A stretch of 64,000 nucleotides of DNA from Epiperipatus broadwayi (lineage: Eukaryota; Animalia; Onychophora): NCBI GenBank assembly GCA_028023455.1, contig JAQFVV010000006.1:15934001-15998000 (forward strand). The letters are read 5' to 3'. Under the pieces are notes generated by a model, which searched no databases, was not told where the DNA came from, and worked only from the letters and a program-made list of their open reading frames with translations. A program made the position numbers and the translations under genes. This document shows, in pieces, positions 25,041 to 35,832 of the stretch (the stretch's first letter is position 1; the number at the start of each line of letters is the position of its first letter).

Positions 25041-25425
25041 CTAAACATCACATGATCACTATCTCATACTAGCACATAATTGTTATTAAACAATTCAAAA
25101 CAAAGCAAAACTCTCCATATAGTAGTGCCATCTTGTGCTAACAAGAGCAATCAATGGATGACAGAAGGCTTGTGCATAAAATTCCTATCTAGTGCCTACT
25201 CATCCAATATCCCCAGACTAGTTTCTGGCTTGTGGCCTTCATCAATGAGGAGCCTTGGATCTGAGCGCACTGCACCTAGATCTTAGGATCTAATGCAACC
25301 CTCCAGCACCCACCTTTTAACTCTATTTAACTACAAAACTATGAGAATGAAATCCATTGATTGCTCTTGTTAGCACAAGATGGCACTACTATATGGAGAG
25401 TTTTGCTTTGTTTTGAATTGTTTGT
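25040..25425 (-). mobile_element. HHR repeat family A copy (HHR at 25210-25251, C3>U) with a perfect 71-bp inverted duplication
   Basis: Minus strand UCCUCA-UUGAUGA-AGGC-CACAA-GCCA-GAA-ACUAGU-C-UGGGGA. Arms 25089-25159 and 25352-25422 are exact reverse complements. Confidence 0.88.
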
Positions 25426-26322
25426 TAAATTAACTTAACTATCATATGTTCCATCATAGATCTTTTTTTTTCTCCTGAAATTTCATAAAACAACAGATTT
25501 TAAATCAATAAGTTGTGGAATTGTAACTTTTCAATCACTTCAAGCATATTTATAGCAACTTAATGCTGGCTCCATGAATTAATCACATGAACAAAAATCA
25601 GTTTGTCATCAAACAGTTATGTAAAACATAAACATCATTCTTTAAATTTAGGGTTCAAATTTTTTATTCTAAAGACAATAGTTTTTGATCACAATGCATA
25701 TATTAACTAAGTGCTTTTATTTAACATTGTACCAGTCTGAATTGTATGTTCGTCTAACAAGAATTAGCATCTAAGCAAAAGTACCTAGAGTTCAATCATA
25801 TGTGAGATTCACAGGTCAGGAATACTCATGAACTCCGCCCTATTGCCCATTTCCCAAGTCTATAACCTTACAAACAACACTTCTGACGATAGCAAATGAT
25901 ATTTTAACAATCCCTGGCCCAGAGGGTCAGCAGAGACACAAGAGATCTATTGATTAACTAAAGGGTGATGCAATATAGTAACAGGTGTGCATGCATGAAT
26001 TAATAAAATGTCCAAAGAATAGATTATTAAATATGAATTTATTGAAAATAATGTTAATAATGCAATTAGATTAGTATATGAGTAAATGGATATAGAGACT
26101 TAAACACATCATAAATATGATTACACATAATAAATACTCTATCTGGGTTTCACATAATGTTGACGTGGGCATTCCATGCTACCTTAGCAACATAATTTAA
26201 GGATTGATGGATATGCAACTACCAAATATACATATTAGTAAGAAATTAATTAATTGGAACGATGCTGCTTAATATGCTAATTTAATATATATTTTACAGG
26301 GCTTCTATTATTCACGCTATGA

Positions 26323-26510
26323 TATTTTAAATCACTAAGAATGTAACGGATTTCAATAATCATACATGGGCTTTTATTATGAACATTATAATATTTTAAG
26401 TCACAAAGAATATAACGGATTTTAATAACTATACGTGGGCTTTTATTATATACATTATGTTAGTTTGAATACCAAATAATCTAATGAATTTTAATTATAC
26501 ATGGATTTCA
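26323..26510. repeat. About 2.7 copies of a 69-bp imperfect tandem repeat
   Basis: tattttaa(a/g)tcac(t/a)aagaat(g/a)taacggattt starts at 26323 and 26392, with a third more decayed copy. Confidence 0.75.
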
Positions 26511-27913
26511 TCATAATTATATTAACGACAGGTTAATTATCTTGGAAATTATAAAATGATTCATCATTTATGATTTACGTATAGAATAAGGAAAAGCATA
26601 ATTATCTTGACATTCAGTCACACGACTTAACTTTTATAGGCTTTATTAGGAATTAATTTTCAATGTATTTAAAGCAGTTTAACGAGAGGGTGGATAGTGC
26701 TAATAAGCTATAACATGTGATAGGGCAAACTAAATTTATATTATAATATGAGAACTTGGGGTGGCTTACAAAATCATATCATTACGACTTACAGATGAAT
26801 AAAATATATGAGGAATTATAAATTATAGCATTCGGACCGAATGATAACGTTTGGAAGGACGAGAAGCTTCATCAACTTGAGAATGAAAATATATAAGATC
26901 ATCTGCGCTTGTGACAGATGGCATCCGAAGAAGTGGTCGGCAAGATACTATGGTCCCGTTTTTCCGAATGTTAACCCATAACAGAGCTTATGCGACCAAA
27001 CTCAACCTTTGGAGTTGGGTCTCCACACTCCACCGAGAAATGTGCTTTAAGGATTCTTGTAATGAGAGAAAGTATGACAAAGCAACATTTGATTGATGAA
27101 CGCTATCGTCGGGATGCATCGTGAAGGCTTTCAGGTCTGTATTAACACTGATTTTTATGGCCTTAAAGAGTAAGTAAGCCTAGCGTAATGAAATGATAAT
27201 ATATAAGCAATCCCAAAAGAGGCATACAATTTGCCTAAAAGATTATTTAGCATATCAATAATAAAAAAATAAAAATTAAGAGTCCCTTCGTTAAATGCAT
27301 ATCAATACGCCTGAGAAATTAGTTACTTAAATTATCATTATTTGGCAGGCTAATTATATATTGAATCATCAACTAAAAGTAAGGATCTGAATTTCAATTT
27401 ATCTATTACTAAATTTACTTAATATTAATCAATAGCGTGAAATAATAGTTAATAATTTATTTGAAATGATAACGGATAGCATAATATAAATTAATAAAAA
27501 TAGTTTAGGAATATTTTTCAACCAGGCAAATTTTTATAGTTTAGTAAGAAAGCTTACGTTTATGATTTAAAATTCCTTAATGGTGGAATAGGAAAAAAAT
27601 ATAAGATTAATTCGCCAGATTGAATTATTAGCATATTAAAATGGGTATGATTTACATAATATCAAATTAAAATTGCCGCATTTAAAAATAATAAAACAGT
27701 AAGAGTGAAACCCCAGCAATCGAGTTTAGAAAATCAAATAAAATTTATATATTAGAGCAAAAAGAAAAGTCATTGTTTAAGCAATTAATCGGTTTGGCAT
27801 TACCGATGGAAAAATAAGCAGTTACATTTTAAAGAAAATAAAGACTACAAAAATGGAAATATTACAAAGATATACTTTAGGTGAAATAATTTTACATAGC
27901 TAGAGGTTGAATG

Positions 27914-28339
27914 TTACAGTTTACAATTAATATTTAACACAACATTATGCTGTTGCACATGCGCTTTGAAGATTTTAACTATAAATGAATGAATACTAAC
28001 ACTCAACCACATAATAAAGTCTTTGGAAAAGATAGAATGGCCATCTATCTTTTCGAACCCAAACGCTTTTGTATGGGCGAATCTTAAATGTTTGAAAGTG
28101 AAAGCATGAATATATTAAATAATCACTTTAAATTACATGCTTGAATGAAAGACACTAATGAAATTTACTAGAATTTACGATACGTCATTCTTCTTATTTG
28201 ATATTAAATGTATGCAAATAAATCTTTTTTTTTATAGCGCAATGTTTGTAAACTGTAATATTTAACACAGCATTATGCTGTTGCACATGCGCTTTGAAGA
28301 TTTTAACTATAAATGAATGAATACTAACACTCAACCACA
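27914..28339 (+). mobile_element. Family G element: 328-bp period with 81-bp terminal direct repeats and a 13-bp inverted cap
   Basis: 27931-28011 equals 28259-28339 with 1 mismatch. 27914-27926 is the reverse complement of 28246-28258. A related copy lies at 34246-34400. Confidence 0.75.
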
Positions 28340-29687
28340 ATTAATAAAATTATTTAGATGAAAGTTTTTAGAGTTCATTTTGCGGTGGGGAATTACCTTT
28401 ATGTTAGATGATTTGATGGCTGTATACACACGTGTTGATTTCATTTTTGAAGAAATATAGTTGATTTGGCATTATTTTGGTAAAATTGTGGTTAATGTCC
28501 TTTCCTGGTTATTTTATAGTTCATTTTGGCAGCATTTATGAGACAATGGCTTATGAGTACATTGGCACGGGTCTGATCTTGGAGAGATCGGGGAAGCAAA
28601 TTTTCTTTCTACTCACGAACCATTTTTAAAATTCTGAGTGACGTAGATTACCTTGACAACAATGTTTAGAAATAAGATGCAGAGTTTTTTTAGTTAGAAA
28701 ATGCGGTGGTATTTATACTCATTTGGCTGCCTTTGGTAATCCCGGATGTCAGCTAACGGTCAACAATGACACAGCTAATTTGAAAGTATGAACGAGAACA
28801 AATTCGAGAGAGCTGGTCTTGGTCTATTTTGAGCTGAAAATAGACCCGCAGGATAAATTTTAATGAACGTGAAATTTTTAAAATAAACCTATGTTAAAAA
28901 AAACAAATCTTTTCTGAAATTAAAATAAGGCATGCCTTATGTTTGCTAAATTTGCGTTACTCTCTCAAACTTCCTCTCAAATAAAAATACATGAATAAAA
29001 ATATATACGCTTTTAATAAAATTATTAGGTTTATCTGTTTTACACATACATATGCATGATTGTTTATTGTGATAGAAATTTATGTTTTATATTTAAATTA
29101 ATATTAAACGAGAATAAAGCTTAACAAAAAAATAAACAATCACGTGCATCTGTATACCTTCACTCCCCAGTGATTTATTATTACATGACTGAGTTCAAAC
29201 CCATGTTTGAAGGTTTCAAACATCACTAGAAAGTGAAGCCAAATGTGTGCAACAGATTTGACTGCTTCAACATAGAAGTTCTGTTTGTTCGCCTGGATTA
29301 AATATGATTTTTAACATACTTCTAGTGAATTAATTATCTTCAAATTTTGTACACATGTTAGGAACCATTGACAATGCAATATGATGCGCAAATATTCCAG
29401 ATTGTCCAGCCATTCATCCATGCTAACTGTGTTGATGATTCAAATTTCAAAATGAATATCAGTTCAGAAAATTTTCAGTGATGCATAGTAAATGGTGATA
29501 TGTTTTTTAATAGGACACTAAAACTGATACTATTATCTAAAAATTATTTACAGTTAATTATAATAGAAAGAAAAATGAGTGAAAAGTGAAATATTAATTT
29601 CTTTTGATCGTTTAATTAAAACTTGAATTTTTAAAACGTATCTTCTCCTTTTCACTTTCTTTGCATCTTTCTTCATATATTCTTATA

Positions 29688-30122
29688 TATCAAACTTTTC
29701 TAAATATTCTCATATACACTTCAATGCAATTTTTATATAATCCCTCCTTTATTTTTCTTACAGTTTCAACTGTCCTGCAGTCTTCATCAGAACTACAACA
29801 TTTAAACATATAATCATATAATCACATAACCATTATTTTATATACATATTTTTTATATTATTATTCCTAATTACATCTAATTTTAACTAATTTTACCTTT
29901 ATATCTTTTAATTTATACTTATTATTTAATATACTATTTTTATCCCATTCTATTTTACTTTCACTTCTAATCTCCTATATAACTTTCACTCTTCTTATTA
30001 TTTCAAGTGATTTCAACTGATGAAGATTGCAGGACAATCAATACTGTAAGGAAAATAAAGAAGGAATTATATAAAAATTGCATTGAAATGTATACGAGGA
30101 GAGTATATGGAAAAGTTTGATA
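29688..30122. mobile_element. Family C inverted-repeat element with an HHR-like core in each arm
   Basis: Arms about 29688-29793 and 30014-30122. Left arm (minus): CUGAUGA-A-GACUG-CAGGA-CAGUU-GAAACUGUA. Right arm (plus): CUGAUGA at 30017-30023, helix II GAUUG/CAAUC, GAAA mutated. Confidence 0.7.
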
Positions 30123-32369
30123 TTTTTTTAAACATTGCTTTCATAAGTAAACAAAATCTTGTAAACAATTTTTTACGCACATAAATTTTATTTCAAAAAC
30201 TAGTGATACAGCAATAATATTTACATTCTTAGTATTTACATTTGAATACGAAGAATGACAAAACTCTATTGTAAAATGTTCAATAACTAACAAATAATTC
30301 ATATAAAAAATATTTTATAAAAACGCTTTTATTTAATTTGAGGACTAATGCACTAAAAAACAAAAAAAATTTTTTTTTCTTGGACTACAATTTGTGTTGT
30401 TATAATTATCTTAAAATAAAATTCAGGAGTATTCATAAACTAATTAATTCAACCATTATTAGTACTTAAATAAATTAATTTATGGATGCCTCCCCCCCCC
30501 CACATACTTTTCTTTCAAGTTAGATATACAAGGCTGGAACTCATAATATGCATTTTTCCTCTCCCAGAGTTATCAAAATATTTATTACAAATTGCAAGAG
30601 GAAATAAAAACATGTTTATATTTATCATGATAAAAAGAGTCATAAAGATTGGGATCAAAGAGTTACATTTGGCTTACAAGTCATAGTTTGCCGACTACTG
30701 ACCTACTAGGATAGTGAATAAAACTCTTTTTAAAAGTATATTAACATGTATATAAGAAAGACGTGATATTGTTGACTTTTTAAAGATATCCCTGTCTGAT
30801 ATTATATTTTATCATCATCATCATTATTGATTAGTCTTAATTGGGTATTCCAGAAGTGAAAAAAAAATAGGAAAAAAAAGAAAAAATTTGGAATCAGAAT
30901 TGCTGAGAGTGTAATTAACAAATGGTGATATTGATTGCAAACGTCATAACCCTATTATCATAGTTAATAAAGAGTAATTAATATAGTGTAGGACATTCCA
31001 GCTATGCTCTATATTAATCTAAGTGGTGAAAAGTCGGCAAAGACGAAAAAAAATGAGATTTTATTTTTCCAACTTAACAACTAAAAATGTTTTAAAATAA
31101 TACTTGCTTCAACATTTTAAAAATATTATCAAAGCTAATAAAAATATTTTATTCCTTTCTCCAAATATGATAAAAAGTTGTTTTATTTTCTTACCACCGT
31201 TACGAAGGAAATCAAATATTGCGTCATTTCCGGTATTTTGCGCAAACAGTTATTTAGCCGTAGGTTAATAACATCTATCAAGTTTAAAATGTTATTTTAA
31301 TTTTTTTTCCTCCTCCACATTTGTTGTTTTACCTTCATATTTCTCTTAAAACAACAAATATATTTGTAACATGTTTTGGAAATTATTTTGATGAGATATT
31401 TTTTAATGTTTTGGTTTCTTCTTTCTAGCTACTATTATAATGAAAGTTGTTTTTGTGCTTCATCTTAAATTAAAAACCATTAACATCTCTCTTTCTGTAT
31501 TTTATTTTAAAAAATTTATGCAGTTCACATCGCCATTAAACGATTACTGATATTTGTGATTTTATTCATTAACCCTTATTAATCTACTATAGATGGAAAA
31601 TCTCCAAGTTTAATACAGTTTTCTGATCCATAGCGGGTTTTTTTCACCTTACATCGATAAACATCCTTATTTCATAGACTTATCTCACATGTAATCTTTT
31701 TTTAAGTCTCCAATATAATACATTAAAGTTTAAACTGTTTAATAACTTTCAAATTTAAACAATATATTTTAATTTCATAGATAGATAAAAAATAATCGTA
31801 CTTTTATCATTCAGGCAATCATGTGGTATCCAAACACTGGAAGTAATATGAGCTAGCAAATTTAAGGATTCTTTAACTTTCAAGTCTATCCGTCTTCTAC
31901 TGAGCTAAACCATACAGCTAATCTATAAAAATTATTAGATGAATGAAAGATAGATGTGAAGTAAAGCAACTGAAAAAGTAGAGGTTATTTTACCAATTCA
32001 AAATTAATCTATCAAATATTGTAACAATCATAATTTTCTTCTGCTGATGAGATGTTTGGATGTTTTGGGGGATGTTTGCACTTTGCTTATGGAATACTCT
32101 TTCATGCGTCACATGACTTCAGCTTGGGCAATGATGTTCGATGTAAATTGAAGTTACATGAACTCTTATTGATTTTATACCAATTCTTAGAAGTGCTTAT
32201 AATTATTAAAAAACGTATGATGTCATAATAATTAAATATTGAACTGGTTCCAAATCGATATGACTATACAGGCATATTAGCTTGGATTGAAAACATTAAC
32301 ATGTTTTTTTTTTTTTTATTCAGACTGGTAATTTAACATTAAACAAAAAAATAAAAGGTAGAGACTAGA

Positions 32370-32500
32370 AAAAAAGTGCACTAGATTCAAAAGATCCAAA
32401 TACTCTGTTCAAAAATGTAAAAGCTTCTCACTGATGAAAGGCTAAAAACTGGTTTAGAGATATTGGGCAGGGCAGTACTATATAGAGATTTATGACTGAT
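32370..32500 (+). mobile_element. Highly decayed family A-like HHR copy
   Basis: cttctca-ctgatga (32431-32437)-aaggcta-aaa-actggt-t-tagagat, with flanks resembling family A. Confidence 0.4.
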
Positions 32501-34245
32501 TATTACAGCTTATACTAGATGACATAAATGTAGTGAGGAAAAAAGAATTCTTTATATATCTTGTTCTCAATCATAATCCAGAGTGGATGAAGTAAGTAAC
32601 AGAGTGTTAAGATTAAGTAACAACACTACTTCAAAATCCAATTTTACAGCTAGAAGTGATTTTGCACATTATTAATATATATACGTCTGAGACTTAAAAG
32701 CTAGAAAAAAGTAATGCAGAATTAAAATGCATATTAGAGTAAATGACTAGTTTTTAAAATAAAATGATATGGTAAAATAAATTTATTCTTGACAGATTTG
32801 TTTTTTATGTAATTCTTAAATATAATCTCTTGCCTCTAGAAATAGACATCACAAATTGAATATCAGTGATGTAATTAATAATAATTAGATACCCATTTAC
32901 TGACCAGAGTGAAGATCTGTCTAGTTTTGAATGTGGACAAGCTTACTTGAAAAAAATTCTTATGATATGAAGAAAATGAATATTTGCAATTATTGGTTTT
33001 AAATAATTCATAAAGGCTTTTAATATGAAAAACTTTACTTGGATTTGTATTTGTTGTCTTGACAACAGTTTGAGATTGTTGATTGTTATTTATATTGGAA
33101 TTGTCTAACTGTTGACAGATCTAATGATTATATATATATATGTGTGTGTATGTGTGTGTTGAATTAAATATTTCCATGGACTGTTATTATAATAAAGAAC
33201 CATGTAAACAGAAATAATCTTTAACCTTTGTAAGAAATTATCAATTACTATTGTACTAATTGATAATCCTTTTACTTCAACAAAAAATTCAAATGAAAGG
33301 GCTATTATAGGTTTAATGATAAAACTGGTTTTATGTCAGGGATTGTCAATTATAAATAATTGATAATATCTTGGTAACATCACAAGTTAAAGGTTATTTA
33401 TATTTACATGAATATTAGCTCATTTCTATTTTCTTAATATATTGTACTGGACGAAAGCTTTTGGTTTCACATATACTGACCACAAGGGCACCACTAGTCC
33501 GAAAATTAAAACTAGACATTTATTTTTAAGGGTGGACAGGATATGTGAACCCGAATGCGCCGGACTAGCTCAATCAAGCAAATGAATCTTATGTTTTGTC
33601 CGAAGGTTGAAAAGGTAGCCACAGAAACAAAATCAGTCAAGTAAATGAATAAATATTTTATTATGGGTATGATTAAATAAATATAAATCAATATAACAAA
33701 CTATAAAAAAAAATCAACTTAAAACATATTACTTATACATTCGTCAGAATTAAAAATATTTTTAATTTTGCTCAGAAATGATTTCTGCACAGTGTATAAC
33801 TTTAGGGGAAAGAGTGCAAAAATACTGATAGTAGGAGAAGTATTAGTAAGTATATAATGATCTCATGGAAGACAAGGGAGGTTAGCTTCCTACTTATAAC
33901 CTGTAATTATGGAAAAACTGAATCTCTGTATTTGAGATTTATGAGAGCTTATGCCAAAACAGAAGAAATGCGAAGGTAGCTTACAAAACATTAACAAAAA
34001 TAAAGGTGTTGAAAGTTATTACTTTCAATCAATTAACCTCCCTCTGAGTGAGACAGGCTAGGAGCTCATGATCTACCTATTGAGAGGGCTAAAACGATCG
34101 TATGTGCCCCTAATAAATGAATTGGAAGCTTGAAAAATAAAAATAAAGACTATTATATTTTGTAATAGTCTATTACAAATAATTAAAGTTTCACGACATT
34201 GGAGATGGATGAACTAGTCTAAATTATATTTAAATTTGTTTAAGA

Positions 34246-34400
34246 TTTAAACAGCATTAAACTGTTGCACATGCGCTTTTGCACTTTTTCATATATTTGA
34301 AGTGTTAGTATTCAGTCATTTATAGTTAAAATCTGCAAAAGGGCATGTGCAACAGTTTAATGCTGTTTAAATATTATAGTTTATAAACATCGTGCTATAT
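34246..34400 (-). mobile_element. Family G copy with perfect 29-bp inverted arms
   Basis: 34246-34274 and 34343-34371 are exact reverse complements. The body matches 28230-28335 in reverse. Confidence 0.8.
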
Positions 34401-35734
34401 AAAATAATTGATTTATTGAGCTAGCATAGTAAAGATGGATGTAATCATGGACTTAGCATTTCATCATTTCATTTCCAGCATTCAACTTGAAGACCCAAAG
34501 TCCAATTATAATGAAATGTGCACTCTCTTTCTGGTGAAAACCGACATCCCGTTACAATATATATCAGGGACGAAGGCTTCATGCATTGATTGGAATGAGT
34601 GCTTCCATAGAAAAATTCACTAAAAAGTTCAAAAACTTTAACTAAAATTCAATTTTAAAAATTCCCTAAAATATATACATCTTCAACCTCACAAAATTGA
34701 TCCAACACGTTGCACATACAAATGTAAAAAAAAAAAAATTCTCTAAACTATTTTTCTAAACATAAAAAAAAGAGAATGAACTATTCAAACTCATCATTTT
34801 TTCTATGGAATTTTTGTTGACTTTCAATTTTTTTTGCCAATAGTTGATATAATGCAAATAATGAGTTTGACCATCTCATTATTCATTCATTATTCATTGA
34901 TTATAAGAAGTTCAAACAATGTTAAAGTTAAAACTTAAGAATGTTAAAAACATTTAGAAAATAAAAATATCGATAAGAGAGTTTCAGATTTTTCTAGATG
35001 TACATAATATGTATATATTAGCTATTACATAAAAATTATTGCAGCTAGTAAAATAAAAACATTATAAGAAAAAGATTATGTAGTATGCTTTCATTCCTAA
35101 AAAAGTAACGCTTTGTCTTTAATATATATATATAAACTGGTATTCAAGGACTGTTTATATCAATCACCCTTTGTTAGAGTGCATTGAAAATGTAAAACTA
35201 ATCATTTATAAATGCTTTCTCAATTTCTACAGAGATGGTAAATTAGACAAGTGATATTATTCCAGAGTTCTGAATAAACTTTAAATTTAATCCAGATGTA
35301 AGTGCATCCTTCTTCAATTCTGGCTAATCATTTAACTTCAAGAAGTTCGGTTAATTCCTACTCATTTTAAAACTCTTGTAAATTAAAAATCAAATATCAA
35401 AGATGTAATTATTAATATGTACAGTGCTCAAAACTATATTTAAAAATTGGAATGATAAACTTTCTAAGCACTGTTTGTTTTAGTAATTAATAATTCAATA
35501 TGTAATTTCTTAATTCATAAACGTTTTTAAATGAATAGAAATTAACTCTGTCTTGTGAAATTTAAAAACTAGCCTCATTGAAGGAAGCTGATAGATTTTC
35601 CAGCATTATAAACACTGAAAAGGCAAACATAAATTGGTCTATTTCATTTTAGCAATGCAATCTTACCCTTTAAAGGGAAATACATTGGCATAAACTATCT
35701 GTAAAGATTATCATTCCAGTATTTAACAGTACAA

Positions 35735-35832
35735 CACTTTTTTTTTATATGGCAAAGCGTTGACTGGGAAGCGAACCCAGGCCGGCTGCTTGCAAGGCAG
35801 CTATGCTAACTGCTAGGCCACCAACACTTGAC
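35735..35832 (-). mobile_element. tRNA-Gly(UCC)-derived SINE copy (no T-arm duplication)
   Basis: Reverse complement: gtcaagtgttggtggcctagcagttagcatagctgccttgcaagcagccggcctgggttcgcttcccagtcaacgctttgccat plus an A tail. Confidence 0.8.

Noticed and set aside
28560-28640. Minus-strand FPDLSKI resembling a hAT dimerisation motif
   Set aside because: The match is too short, flanking residues do not fit, and I found no TIRs.
35745-35825. Functional tRNA-Ala or tRNA-Val genes
   Set aside because: The bodies are tRNA-Gly-like with mismatched stems, altered T loops, A tails and divergent copies, which fits SINEs or pseudogenes.
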